DNA of 64,000 nucleotides from Longimicrobiales bacterium (GCA_965248195.1 CBDFIQ010000001.1:1344001-1408000), one strand, 5' to 3'. Shown: positions 1-10,638, counted from the stretch's first letter. Numbers and translations: made by a program. Notes: generated by a model not told the origin, from the sequence alone.

Positions 1-258
1 CGCTTCAATTGCAGCAACTTCTTCCGCCGTGTAGAACTCGCCGGCAACGCCATCGCGCCGCTGCAACGGCGTCCGGGTTGTGTTCGACCAGAACCCCTCG
101 AAATCCGGTTGCCCGTCCGGTGTGCGGGGCACCGTGTAGCCATCGGCCGGACTCGGGTTTGGTACCTGCGCGCCAACCAGGTTGGCCGTCAGTAAAGAGG
201 CTGCAAACAAGGCGGCGGTAATACTGCCTGAAGTGAGAAATCGATGTTTCGTATGCAT
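1..258 (-). CDS. Secreted hypothetical protein (PRTxDGxPD-GxW family), 5' part only; runs off window start
   Basis: Manual translation (frame absent from ORF track): MHTKHRFLTSGSITAALFAASLLTANLVGAQ...YTVPRTPDGQPDFEGFWSNTTRTPLQR; signal peptide; same motif as 274..1101 and 59365..60426. Confidence 0.8.
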   Translation of the reverse strand, partial: MHTKHRFLTSGSITAALFAASLLTANLVGAQVPNPSPADGYTVPRTPDGQPDFEGFWSNTTRTPLQRRDGVAGEFYTAEEVAAIEA

Positions 259-273
259 TCTCTTGTGCCTGGG

Positions 274-1101
274 TTAACGCTCCGGAGTAATCGGCTGTTT
301 GCGGAGGTGGCCGTAAATCAGGTCTTCTACAAACTCCACGCATCTGAATTCCAATATTTCTGCATTCGGTTCGACACGGCGATAGAGGGGCATGCTCATG
401 GTCCAGGGTCGAGTGAACACGTTCGTATCTTCGATCGTTACTTCATACAGCAGTGTGTCCTCGCTTCGCGGCGTGAATCGTTCGATCACATGCAGGGCGT
501 CGCTATGGAAGTTTCCGGCCCGATCGAACCAAGTCTTACCATTGAAGCCCCTGGTATCGACAACCAGCGATTCTCCGTCCCAATTCCCGTTCGACCAACC
601 CATCCAACTGGGGGCGGGCGGCAGGGTGTGGTTCTCCATGTAGATGGTCCGGACCGCGCCAGCGTACTCATGGACTATCATGATGTGCTGCCCGCTCTGA
701 ATGATCTGAAAGGGAAAGGGCATATAGGTGGCGCGCGGCACGCCGGGTAGATAGCACTTGATCTCAGGGTCCAGTTCCAGGCGCCTGGCGAAGTTCTCGT
801 CCCTTTGTGCACGCGCCTCTGGCCGGTACGGAATCGAGCCACCGTCGACGATACCAAGCCCCGCGGGTATTGCGGCACTGGCACCGAGTTCGCGGACCAT
901 ACCGGGGCCTGCAGCATGGGGCTCAATGTCCCAATTAGCGGTGTTGATGGACTGCCAGATGCCGTTCAGGTCGGGATTGCCGTCGCCGGTCCGCGGCGCC
1001 CGGTAGTCCGTCGTCTGCGCTGTGGCAATGGTCGCTCCCAACAACAGACCGACCGCGATGACAACCGTCGCAGTGGCCCATCTTCCAGACCAGTCTTGCA
1101 T
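274..1101 (-). CDS. Secreted hypothetical protein (PRTGDGNPDLNGIW family)
   Basis: Within ORF 274..1377; likely start MQDWSGRW followed by signal peptide; motifs CYLPGVPR, WMGWSNGNWDGESLVVDT, LHVIERFT. Confidence 0.75.
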   Translation of the reverse strand: MQDWSGRWATATVVIAVGLLLGATIATAQTTDYRAPRTGDGNPDLNGIWQSINTANWDIEPHAAGPGMVRELGASAAIPAGLGIVDGGSIPYRPEARAQRDENFARRLELDPEIKCYLPGVPRATYMPFPFQIIQSGQHIMIVHEYAGAVRTIYMENHTLPPAPSWMGWSNGNWDGESLVVDTRGFNGKTWFDRAGNFHSDALHVIERFTPRSEDTLLYEVTIEDTNVFTRPWTMSMPLYRRVEPNAEILEFRCVEFVEDLIYGHLRKQPITPER

Positions 1102-1211
1102 CCCTGATCTCCTCTGGAAACTCGCGGTGTACCTGTCGAGCATAATCCCTGCAAATATGGGCGATGTCAAATGCATCTGGCGCCGGGGCCAGCCCGTGGT
1201 CCTCAGCCTCG

Positions 1212-2798
1212 TCAGCGTGTGGCGCACGAGAAGCTCTCCTCCCTTTTCGGGTCTCCGTTTCCGTCGTAAACGGCCCTCGCGGGGTAGGCGCACAGCGGTC
1301 GGCGCGTCTCCACTTCGCCCTCCGGACCGAATTTGGTCGCAAGCACGTGGTCCGGCGCCTGCCCTTCTTCGACCCACGCTTCAATTAGCGCCATCTTGTC
1401 AAAGACGCTTGGTCCCTCACCACCGCCGCAATGCCCCATACCCGGCGCCATGAACAGACGATAGGAGTCGTGAACTTCCTCGGCACTGCCGACGGATTCT
1501 ACCACACGCTCGTAATACTGGGTTGCGTTCAAGGGTGAGATCTGCGCGTCGCTCCAGCCGTGATACGCGAGCAGCTTGCCGCCCCGGGCGAAGAACGGCT
1601 TGAGGTCGGGATCGAGGGCATTCAGCGTCTCGTCGTCGGTCTCCTCGGCCTTCACGATATCGGTGTCGAAATCGAATCGGTCGATGGTCCAGCTGGGGTC
1701 GCCGTATACCAGATAACGATAAAGTTCGAGCCCGGTGGCGCGTGCGGAATTGGTCCACCCGAGGTCGGTCCAGTTGAGCTCGCTCCCCGGAACCAGACCG
1801 GTAATCTCCCGGTTGGTACTGGGATTCACCGGAGACGTGTACAACATCCGCACGGTCCCGACCTGTGCGGCCGTCAGGCAGGAGCCGTTCTTGGCACCCT
1901 CACATTGGAGGACGGCGGGGTCGAAATCACAACGCTGAGGGCTGTCGATAACGCCGTCCACGACACCATCAGCCGCGTCGCACGCGCTGATTGCCGCCGC
2001 ATGCACAAGCAATCTGTCATCTTCGGAGAGACGGGCGGCTGGGTTGGATTCCAGATACGTGGCGACTCGGAGTGCTCCTGCTGCACGTCCGCTCCAATCC
2101 TGGCCCGGTGCTCCGGCCACGATGCCGTCGAAGTCTTCGGGAAAGGCCTGCGCCATCTTCATCGCCTGGCGGCCACCGGCGGAACACCCGTTCCAATAGG
2201 AGTAGCGGAGATTCTCATCGTAATGAGCCGCGATGACCTCCTTGGTGAGGACAGCCATCAGGTGCAGCGAGCGCCAGCCGAAGTCGACGACCTTCTCGGG
2301 ATGATCGAGACCAAACTCCGCCGTGTTGCCGATATGCCCGGTGTCGGTCGAGCTGGTCGCGTAGCCGTTGGCCAGCGCGGCAGCCATGGATCCATGCCTG
2401 ATCGATCCGCTGAACGCACCGTTCCCGACCGCCTGGTATTTTCCGTTCCATCCCGAAAGCGGCATCCACACCTCGACGGTGATGTTCGAATCGTTCGTGG
2501 GTCGGAGCGTGGCGACCAACCGGCAGAACGCGGGCAAGCCACCGTATGTGCGGGTCACGGAAGCCGCCGACGGCGGGCGACCGCCCGGCGCAACCGGAGG
2601 CGTGAACGCCCCGGTCTCGACGACTTCGGCGCTCGTGACGGTCCCCTCCATAATCGAGAACGAGATCAGATCGTCGCACCACACGTTGTCGGCGCCCTGG
2701 AGCGCTCCCCCTTCCCCACCGACCGGCGCGGAGGCCGCAGTGGCGTCGGTGAGTGTCGTGGCCATGATGGCGATCGGGATCATCAGAAAGCGTTTCAT
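1212..2798 (-). CDS. Tannase/feruloyl esterase family alpha/beta hydrolase
   Basis: Signal peptide; GCSAGG nucleophile motif; HGWSD; PGMGHCGGG. Confidence 0.92.
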   Translation of the reverse strand: MKRFLMIPIAIMATTLTDATAASAPVGGEGGALQGADNVWCDDLISFSIMEGTVTSAEVVETGAFTPPVAPGGRPPSAASVTRTYGGLPAFCRLVATLRPTNDSNITVEVWMPLSGWNGKYQAVGNGAFSGSIRHGSMAAALANGYATSSTDTGHIGNTAEFGLDHPEKVVDFGWRSLHLMAVLTKEVIAAHYDENLRYSYWNGCSAGGRQAMKMAQAFPEDFDGIVAGAPGQDWSGRAAGALRVATYLESNPAARLSEDDRLLVHAAAISACDAADGVVDGVIDSPQRCDFDPAVLQCEGAKNGSCLTAAQVGTVRMLYTSPVNPSTNREITGLVPGSELNWTDLGWTNSARATGLELYRYLVYGDPSWTIDRFDFDTDIVKAEETDDETLNALDPDLKPFFARGGKLLAYHGWSDAQISPLNATQYYERVVESVGSAEEVHDSYRLFMAPGMGHCGGGEGPSVFDKMALIEAWVEEGQAPDHVLATKFGPEGEVETRRPLCAYPARAVYDGNGDPKREESFSCATR

Positions 2799-3065
2799 CG
2801 TTTAACCCTCGTTTCAATGTGGCGTGGCGGCGGCAGGCCTCCGGGCCGTCGGGAGAAATCGCCGCTCGATGGCGTAGCGGCCTGCTAGGGCTGCGTTGAC
2901 GCGGGCGACTGGATCAGACATGGGCGCACTCCAAGATCAGACCGCTGTCAACATCCGAGAGTGGGGCGGTAGGCGCAAGCGGAAGCTTCTAGAACCGATC
3001 CTCTCGAGGCTCTTCGCTTCGAGGGCCTGGCAGGGAGCCCCTTGCCCACGCCCCCTCATCCACTT

Positions 3066-3089
3066 ATATAAAGAAGCACGATATAAAGA
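3066..3089 (+). promoter_or_regulatory. AT-rich direct repeat, candidate PadR operator/promoter
   Basis: ATATAAAGA at 3066 and 3081, directly upstream of the PadR gene. Confidence 0.45.
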
Positions 3090-3130
3090 TCGTCGAGATA
3101 TTAAATCTATCCGTCGCGAAGGGCCGACCC

Positions 3131-3484
3131 GTGACCGAAAAAGACTTCGACGTGCAGGGCTTCGCCCGTGACATCAACGAACTGCTCATCCTCTCCACCC
3201 TCCGCACCGAGGGCAAGCACGGATACCAGATCGCGCTCGATGTGGAAGCGGACAGCAATGGACTGTTCCGGTTCCGCCACGGGACCCTCTACCCGATCCT
3301 CCACCGCCTTGAGGAGGAAGGCCTGATCCGAGGATCCTGGTCGAAGGGAGGGGGCCGCCGGAAGAAAGTGTACTCGCTCACCGGCCCGGGTGAGGGGCAC
3401 CTGAATGGCGAGACGAACAGGGTTCAAGAGATCATGTCCCGCCTCATGCAGGTGATTGGGCACCCCGGCGAGGCTCCGGCGTGA
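3131..3484 (+). CDS. PadR family transcriptional regulator
   Basis: HGYQIA...GTLYPILHRLEEEGLI...RRKKVYSLT wHTH motifs. Confidence 0.92.
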   Translation: MTEKDFDVQGFARDINELLILSTLRTEGKHGYQIALDVEADSNGLFRFRHGTLYPILHRLEEEGLIRGSWSKGGGRRKKVYSLTGPGEGHLNGETNRVQEIMSRLMQVIGHPGEAPA

Positions 3485-4257
3485 ACGGGCCGGTGGCGAG
3501 GGGTTTTGCCCCGGTGCTCCGGGACGTCGAGCGCGGGCTCGCGTTACCGATTCCGGATCGTGTGCGAATCCTGAGAGAGCTTGAATACGATCTCGAGGAG
3601 CTGTGTGCCCGACTCGTGGCGGGCGGCCTATCAGATGACGTAGCCCGTGGCCGCGCCGTCCAGGCGCTCGTGCCTGACAGGGCCACCCTCAATGAACTGG
3701 GGCGGCTGCACACACCCTGGTATCGGCGAGTCACCCGCCATCTGACCGCGGATCGCTTGAGATTCGCCGAGCGTTCGGCCCTGGTCATCGCAACGGCCTC
3801 CGTAGTTATCGTCCAGACCGTCACTCTCTTTCGAGTCGACCTTCTCCGCGACCCATCCCCGTTTCTTTGGCCGGTCCTCGGGCTGGGCGCGCTGCTTTTC
3901 GCGACCGTTACGACGAAGGTCTTCAATCTGTGGATCAAGGGTGATCACAGGACGCCGACCCAAGGTCTCAGCACGATCCTGGCACTGGCCGGAGCGATTG
4001 TCCTGACTGGAATCGGAGGAATGATTTTTGATCTCTACCGTCTGGCCGGAGCCCTCGAAAGGGCGCCCGAATTGGCCGACGTCGTGGCCGGGGCATGGCT
4101 CTTACGCGACCTGACCCTCGTGTCCATATCCATCCTGCTGGCTCTTGGCGGGGGGCTTGCCTGGCTCGTACTGAACCAGTGGCTGAGCCTTGTCGATGGA
4201 GCACGCAGCGATGTGCTCGGGCTGAACCTTGATTATTCTGGGAAAGGAGAAACATGA
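3481..4257 (+). CDS. PadR-associated membrane protein
   Basis: Overlaps PadR stop (GTGA); N-terminal helical domain (RILRELEYDLEE) plus four hydrophobic segments. Confidence 0.75.
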   Translation: MNGPVARGFAPVLRDVERGLALPIPDRVRILRELEYDLEELCARLVAGGLSDDVARGRAVQALVPDRATLNELGRLHTPWYRRVTRHLTADRLRFAERSALVIATASVVIVQTVTLFRVDLLRDPSPFLWPVLGLGALLFATVTTKVFNLWIKGDHRTPTQGLSTILALAGAIVLTGIGGMIFDLYRLAGALERAPELADVVAGAWLLRDLTLVSISILLALGGGLAWLVLNQWLSLVDGARSDVLGLNLDYSGKGET

Positions 4258-4673
4258 TGACTCCGGCTGATCAACTTGCGGCCATATGGAATGACATCGG
4301 ATTCATCCGCTTGCCGCTGATATTTTCGTTCTTGGTTGTCGTCGGGCTCGCCTTGTGGTCGGCGATCAAGCTCTTTAGGCCCCATGCAACGCCTGACCTC
4401 CATACCAAGGCTTGGCTCGACGCGATCCTGTTCTGGGGGGGGTTCGCAACCATATCCGGCCTGCTGGGAACGCTCGTTGGATTCACTATCGCCACCCAGA
4501 GTGTTGAAGCCGCTGGCGAGGTGAACGTCACCCTTATGTGGGGTGGGATCAAAGTGTCCATGCTCGGCTCGCTCTTTGGAGTCCTGATCCTGGCCTTCGC
4601 AGCCCTTCTGTGGTTCGTGCTTCAGCTCCGGTGGCGACTGCTCGTGGCGGACGAAATCGAGAAGGCCGTTTAG
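4254..4673 (+). CDS. Small MotA/TolQ/ExbB-like membrane protein
   Basis: GLLGTLVG...AGEV...GGIKVSM pattern; three TM segments; ATGA overlap. Confidence 0.7.
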   Translation: MMTPADQLAAIWNDIGFIRLPLIFSFLVVVGLALWSAIKLFRPHATPDLHTKAWLDAILFWGGFATISGLLGTLVGFTIATQSVEAAGEVNVTLMWGGIKVSMLGSLFGVLILAFAALLWFVLQLRWRLLVADEIEKAV

Positions 4674-4899
4674 CCGACCTTCTCTGCTTCGTCTGAGTAG
4701 GGAGCTAGAACACTCGCAAATGGACGGAGCCCCGCTTAGGATATATGCGGGATTTTAAGCCTCCGTCTAAGGAATTGGAACCGATGGTAGGTCGCGACGG
4801 CGCGTTCGCCATCATATTGATACAGCCCGGATGGCGTACGAGTACGGCGGTCACATAGGGGTCTAGATCCACGTCGTTCAGCGACTTCGAGGAGGATCC

Positions 4900-6858
4900 A
4901 TGAAACGCCACACCGCAAGCATTTCCCTCCCGCTCGTTCTGCTGACGTATGTGATCACTGCAGCAGTAACCCCCTGGTTGGCGTCGGCTCAGGAGCCGCT
5001 CTGGGGTGGAGCGTTGGTGACTAGGATCGACTCGCTCGCCGAGGCCACGCTTGTCCAGGGGAGCGCGGCAGCCCTGAGCATTGGGGTGAAGCGAGGCGGC
5101 GACCTTCTCCTGGTGAAGGGCTACGGTCAGGCGGATATCGAGAACGATGTTCCGGCAATCGCGGAAACGGTATACCGCATCGGCTCCATCACCAAGCAGT
5201 TCACGGCCGCGGCGGTAATGCAGCTCGTGGAGGCCGGGAAAATCGGGCTCGACGACCCGATCACCAAGTATCTGCCCGACTATCCGACGCAGGGGCACGA
5301 AGTCACGATTCGACATCTCCTCACGCACACATCGGGCATCAAGAGCTATACGGGCCTGGCGGCGTGGAGACCGACGATAAAGTTGGATCTTACCGACGAG
5401 GAGCTCCTGGCCCTCTTCAAAGACGAGCCCTTCGATTTCACTCCGGGTGAGCGTTTTCTGTACAACAACTCCGGGTTCTATCTACTGGGCGTGATCATCG
5501 AGAAGGCCGGCGGCGAGACCTACCGGGAATACCTGAACGCCCATCTCTTCGGCCCCCTCGGTCTGAGGGGCTCAACGTACTGCGATGAGCGACCCATAAT
5601 CCGCGGAAGGGCCGAAGGTTATGCGTTAGTGGGCGGGGAGCTGCTGAACGATGAGTACCTCTCCATGAACCAACCGGGAGCCGCCGGTGCCCTCTGCTCA
5701 ACCGTTCCGGATCTCCTCTCCTGGACCGCGGCCTTGCGAACTGAGCGTGTGGTATCGGCGGCGAGCTACCGGCAGATGACCACGTCCGGGACGCTCGACG
5801 AGGGCTCCACGACGGGCTACGGTTTTGGACTGGTAGTGGGGGACCTGGAAGGGCATCCCAGCGTTTCCCATGGAGGTGGGATCAACGGCTTCAGCACCAT
5901 GCTGGCCCACTATCCGGACGCGGACCTGGATGTGGTGGTCCTCTCGAATACCACAGGTGTTCATCCGGGACGCATCGCCGAACTGATCGCCAAATGGGCT
6001 CTCGGGATCGAGGTCCGCGTAATCGGTGGCACTGGCCGAGCCTTGCCTGTCTGGACAGACCGAGACGGCTCGGAGCAATTGTTAGATCCAGCGCTCATCG
6101 GATTCTTTGAAGCCCCGGCCTTCTCACCGGATGGTCGTAGGGTGGCACTCCAGCGTCAGGTACCAGGCGAGTCGGAGGACATTTGGATCTACGATCTTGA
6201 ACAGAGGACCTTTTCCCAACTGACATTTGGAGACGGCAGGAACCTTCAGCCGTTCTGGAACCCAGATGGCACCGAGGTCGGGTTTTCCTCAAATCGAGAC
6301 GGTCTGTTCGCGCTGTACTCTCGCCCAGCGGATTTGAGCGGTGATGCCCGACTACTGGTCTCAGACCCGGATGATGGCTTGTATGAAGCGAGCTGGACCC
6401 CCGATGGGCAGTCCCTCGTCTACCGTTGGGGTAGTACTACGACCACGGGCAGCCAGGACCTGAGGTCCAGTTCACCCGACCTGGGCAGCGCGCCCGTCGT
6501 AATATCGGGCACTCCGGCTTCGGAAAATTCTCCATCGCTCTCGCCCGATGGACGCTGGGTTGCCTATGCGTCGGATGAGTCCGGCCAGTACGAGGTTTAC
6601 GTCCGCCCGTTCCCAGGTCCCGGAGACCCGTCGTTGGTATCGGTGAACGGGGGCTTTAACCCAAAGTGGGCTCCCAACGGAAGGGAGCTCTTCTACTTGG
6701 GGCCGGATGGGGTGTTTAACGTCGCTACAGTCCGGACAGATCCTGATTTTGCGGTGGAGTCGCACGAGCAACTCGATTCGCGAGCTGGATTCCTACAGGC
6801 GATTATTCGCCACTGGGATCTCACCCCCGATGGCCAGCGTTTGTTGGTGATTGGATAG
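4900..6858 (+). CDS. Serine hydrolase (beta-lactamase family) fused to TolB-like PD40 beta-propeller
   Basis: Signal peptide; SITK (SxxK), LLTHTSG, YNN, HGG motifs; then PAFSPDG/SPDGRW repeats. Confidence 0.88.
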   Translation: MKRHTASISLPLVLLTYVITAAVTPWLASAQEPLWGGALVTRIDSLAEATLVQGSAAALSIGVKRGGDLLLVKGYGQADIENDVPAIAETVYRIGSITKQFTAAAVMQLVEAGKIGLDDPITKYLPDYPTQGHEVTIRHLLTHTSGIKSYTGLAAWRPTIKLDLTDEELLALFKDEPFDFTPGERFLYNNSGFYLLGVIIEKAGGETYREYLNAHLFGPLGLRGSTYCDERPIIRGRAEGYALVGGELLNDEYLSMNQPGAAGALCSTVPDLLSWTAALRTERVVSAASYRQMTTSGTLDEGSTTGYGFGLVVGDLEGHPSVSHGGGINGFSTMLAHYPDADLDVVVLSNTTGVHPGRIAELIAKWALGIEVRVIGGTGRALPVWTDRDGSEQLLDPALIGFFEAPAFSPDGRRVALQRQVPGESEDIWIYDLEQRTFSQLTFGDGRNLQPFWNPDGTEVGFSSNRDGLFALYSRPADLSGDARLLVSDPDDGLYEASWTPDGQSLVYRWGSTTTTGSQDLRSSSPDLGSAPVVISGTPASENSPSLSPDGRWVAYASDESGQYEVYVRPFPGPGDPSLVSVNGGFNPKWAPNGRELFYLGPDGVFNVATVRTDPDFAVESHEQLDSRAGFLQAIIRHWDLTPDGQRLLVIG

Positions 6859-6860
6859 GC

Positions 6861-6969
6861 CGGTACGTTATCGTCCAGAACTGGTTGGAGGGGTTGAAGG
6901 AGCGGGTGCCCAACTGACCCGCAGATCCCCTGGCTTCGCGTCTTCGTGGAAGGCGTGGTGATCGTCGGG
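6861..6969 (+). pseudogene. Two abutting gene remnants: out-of-frame propeller-protein tail and N-terminus of a membrane protein
   Basis: 6861..6917 reads RYVIVQNWLEGLKERVPN*; 6919..6969 reads PQIPWLRVFVEGVVIVG. Confidence 0.6.
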
Positions 6970-7035
6970 AAACTGGAAAACTAGCAGTCGCGCATCAGTC
7001 CCATGCGTAGCTTGAACGCATTCAGTAATATCTCT

Positions 7036-7506
7036 ATGAGCGAGCGTCGGATCATTATTTACGGAAACGCTGGTGCGGGTAAGACGACGATGGCCCGCGA
7101 ACTTCAACGCGAGTGCGACCTACCACTTTTGCTTCTTGACTCGATTGCGTGGTCAGACGGGGTGGTTCGGAGGCCACTGGAAGAAAGCATCAACGATTTA
7201 GCGCAGTTAATATCGGGCCACTCGGAATGGATGCTTGAAGGATGCTATGGCGAACTCGTAGAGGCAGCGTTACCGCACTGCACCGAACTGAGATTTCTAA
7301 ACCCTGGCGTCGCAGCCTGTGTCGAAAATTGCCGCAAACGTCCGTGGGAGCCCGACAAATTCACGTCGCCCGAAGAACAGGACAGGATGCTTGAGGACCT
7401 GATCAGTTGGGTTCGCGAGTATGAAACACGTGAGGACGAGTATGGCTTGGCTCGTCACCGGGCGATTTTCGACAATTTCCAAGAAACAAAGCGGGAATAC
7501 AGCTAA
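7036..7506 (+). CDS. P-loop kinase (shikimate/adenylate kinase-like, topology-modulation protein family)
   Basis: RIIIYGNAGAGKTT Walker A; WMLEGCY; visibly lower GC than neighbours. Confidence 0.85.
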   Translation: MSERRIIIYGNAGAGKTTMARELQRECDLPLLLLDSIAWSDGVVRRPLEESINDLAQLISGHSEWMLEGCYGELVEAALPHCTELRFLNPGVAACVENCRKRPWEPDKFTSPEEQDRMLEDLISWVREYETREDEYGLARHRAIFDNFQETKREYS

Positions 7507-7673
7507 CCCTCCGTCTGTCCGCAATCCCCGCCTGACCGTCTACTGCGAGTATCCCGACACAGACATGGCTCTGCACCGCGTCGATGGGTCAATCATGAGC
7601 CCCCTCTGGCTCGCTGACGACATGCTGTCGGCGTTCAAGCGCATCGACGATCGCTTTCGCCACCATATCAAGC

Positions 7674-7733
7674 GACGGATAGAGCCAGGGAGTGGCCGCT
7701 TCCGTTCTGGAGTGAGACTGTAAGGCGGGTGGT
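7674..7733 (+). repeat. ~60 bp repeat, inverted copy at 10682..10741
   Basis: 20 bp identical core CCGTTCTGGAGTGAGACTGT (7702..7721), with similar flanks. Confidence 0.85.
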
Positions 7734-7896
7734 GGTGGAGTAGTCCTTGATTCTGAGGGTTTGCAGATTATGCCGCTGCGTGCCGCCCCTTGGTCGTCCT
7801 CGGACGAAGACGTCAAACGTCACCTCGGGGGGACAACGACCTTCTTCGCACCGGCAGAACAATGCCTAATTGGGTAACAGGTCTCGCAAGAACGAC

Positions 7897-7912
7897 CGGC
7901 ACGGCCTTTGCT
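7897..7912 (+). promoter_or_regulatory. sigma54 (-24/-12) promoter
   Basis: CGGCACGGCCTTTGCT vs consensus TGGCACG-N4-TTGCW, ~70 bp before ATG 7981. Confidence 0.7.
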
Positions 7913-7980
7913 TAACGACCCAATGCGGATCCTGCATCAGCGGCTGTGTAGAATCACAGATCGACTAGACGGGGGTCATC

Positions 7981-10474
7981 ATGGGTCTCGATAAACGCCA
8001 CGTTGGAATAGTCGGAGTCCTATCCGTCGCTACAGTGTTGGGCCTCGTCGATGCGAGGCCGGCGCATGCGCAGGACCAGGCCGGCCTGGCGGAGCCCGCG
8101 GTGCCAGAGAAGGCGGGCAAGGAGCTGCGAGCGTACCGGATCACCGGGAGCTCGCCTCAGATCGACGGCCGCTTGGACGAGGAGGTCTGGGCAGCCGCCG
8201 ACGCCATCGACGATCTGGTTCAAAATGAACCCGACAACATGGAGCCGCCGACCGAGCGCACGGTGGTGCGGGTGGCTTACGACGAACGCTACCTCTACGT
8301 GGCGGTCTACTCCTACATGCGGGAACCGTCGCAGATCACCACGGGCCTCGGCCGGCGCGACAACCTTCCGCCGAGCGACCAGATTCTGCTCACTTTCGAT
8401 CCCCGCCATGACCATCTCACCGCCTACACCTTTACGACGAACCCGTCGGGGGTGCAGCTCGATCGCACATGGTTCGACGACAACCGTTCCAGCAACGACT
8501 ATAGCGGGGTCTGGGAGGTCGCCACTCAGATCACACCGGACGGGTGGACCGCCGAGTTCCAGATTCCTTTCTCGCAGATGCGGTTCGATGTGCCACCGGG
8601 CGATGAGATGGTGTGGGGCTTCAATGTGCGGCGGAACCTCTACCGCCGCGGTGAGTTCGACCTGTGGGTCCCCACCCCGCGAGGAGCGCAGGGGTTCGTG
8701 TCCCGGATGGGTCACCTCGTGTTCGGCGACCGGCTGTCGCCGCCGCGCCGCGTAGAGTTCCTGCCCTACACGTTCGTCCGACGTGAGGATCTGCCTACAA
8801 CGAGCCGGGAGCATGGAGTAGATGGCGGCGTCGATCTCCGCCTCGGGCTGGGAACGGCGGCCACGCTCTCGGCGACGATCAACCCGGACTTTGCGCAGGT
8901 CGAGCTGGATCCGGCGGTCCTGAACCTGACGGTCTTCGAATCGTTTCTTTCCCGAGAAACGGCCCTTCTTTCTGGAAGACAGCAGGACGTTCCTGCTTCA
9001 GTACCGCCAGTTCCCCGTGTTTCACTCACGTCGGATCGGGCGACGGCCGGGCCGGTTCTCACTCGAGGATGGCGATCGCCTCGTCGACCAGCCCGACCAG
9101 ACCACGATCGTCGGTGCCTCGAAGGTGACGGGCAAAGCTGATAGCTGGACCTACGGTGTGTTAAGTGCGCTGACCGCACGCGAATACGCCACCGTGGACG
9201 CGGTGACGGTCGATGGCGCCGGTACCGAGACGGTGACGCGGCTCGACCGATTGATCGAGCCGCGGACCTCCTACAACGTGGCCCGGTTGCAGCGGGACAT
9301 CCTCGGCGGCTCATCGAACGTCGGTGCGATCGCCACGGCGGTCGTGCGGGAACAAGACGCCGATGCGCTCACCGGCGGCGTCGACTATAACCTCCGCTGG
9401 GGTCGTAATCTTTTCACGTGGGACGGTCACTGGGTGGCGACGCGAGCGCCCTTCACGGACGGCCAGCGCACCGGGTTCGGCGGCGTCACGCGCTTCAACT
9501 ATTTGGGAAAATACGTCGGGTTCTTCGGATTCTTCAACCACTTCAGCCCCAACTTTCAGAACAGGGATCTGGGTTTCAAACAAGGTCGGGTGGACCAGAC
9601 CGTCGCAAACGGGGGAATCGCCTTACGTCAGCCTGATCCGTGGGGGATCTTCCGACGTATCCAACTCTTTGCGGGCGGCGGAGGTAGCTGGAACGGCGAG
9701 CGCATGGCCTTGGGCAGCTTCGTCAGCGCCAGTCTGTCGGCGCAGCTCCGAAACTTCTGGCAGATCAACGCCTTTGGCACTCGCATCTTTCGGGCGCTGG
9801 ACGACCTCGATACCCGCGGCGGGCCACCGATCGTGAAGCCGGCCGAGACATTTCTCGGCTTCAACGTGGGCACCGACACCCGCAAGAGCTGGCGGGTATT
9901 CATGAACGTTTTCGGCAGCCGCGACGAGGAAGGCGGGTGGAACGCACAGATCGGGCCAAACCTTACGCTTCAGCCATCGGCACAGCTTCAGGCGTCCGTC
10001 AGCATGAACTACAGCTTTGGCAAGGACGTCGCGCAGTGGGTCTCCAACGAGGACGTGAACGGAGACGGTGAGACGGATTATGTTTACGGGCGGCTCCGGC
10101 GGGACGTTATCAACGTCACCGGGCGCGCGACCTACGCGTTTCACCGCGACATGACGCTCGAGGTCTTCTTGCAGCCGTTCGTCGCAGTCGGCCATTACAC
10201 CGACATCAAGCGTCTCGCGCGTCCCCGCTCGTTCGAGTTCGAGCCGGCGACCATTCCGTTCAATCCCGACTTCAATCGCAAATCACTCCGCGGCAACATC
10301 GTCTTGCGCTGGGAGTATCTGCGCGGAAGTACGCTCTTTGTCGTCTGGAACATGTCGACTTCTGACGATGCGCGTCCTGGCGAACTTTCGCCTCTCCAAG
10401 ATTTCGGCAGCGCCTTCAGGGCGGACGGCACCCACGTCTTCATGATCAAGCTGAACTACTGGCTCGGTCTGTAG
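7981..10474 (+). pseudogene. CBM9-like/DUF5916 outer-membrane protein split by a +1 frameshift (pseudogene or assembly error)
   Basis: ORFs 7981..9141 and 9017..10474; removing one T at 8944..8946 restores FFPEKRPFFLE, matching FFPEKREFFLE in the intact paralog at 39750; NPDFAQVE motif; C-terminal KLNYWLGL. Confidence 0.85.
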
Positions 10475-10638
10475 TCAGTTGGGGTCTCGATACTCAATGC
10501 ATCCGCAGCGCGCACCCGGACACGTTGTCCAGCCTCAAGGGCATCGACTGAGGATTCTCGGGTCGGGACCGCTTGCGCTGAGCCCTCCGACGGAAGAGCG
10601 AACATCAGCATCATTAGGGATACGATCGTCCTCATCAT
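10456..10638 (-). pseudogene. Truncated secreted-protein N-terminus
   Basis: Signal peptide MRTIVSLMMLMFALPSEGSAQ, ending inside the 3' end of the convergent gene. Confidence 0.4.

Noticed and set aside
1560..2888. Long antisense or alternate-frame ORFs (also 11630..12949, 20790..22394, 39743..41230, 54933..56639)
   Set aside because: Shadow ORFs of well-supported genes in high-GC DNA, with no recognisable motifs
4138..4173. Possible self-target of the CRISPR spacer (GCTCTTGGCGGGGGGCTTGCCTGGCTCGTACTG)
   Set aside because: Needs gaps, mismatches the seed, and has no TTC PAM; expected by chance among hydrophobic-codon sequence
7036..7520. Integron gene cassette (low-GC gene ending in GCTAAC)
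   Set aside because: No attC hairpin or GTTRRRY core site found downstream, and no intI
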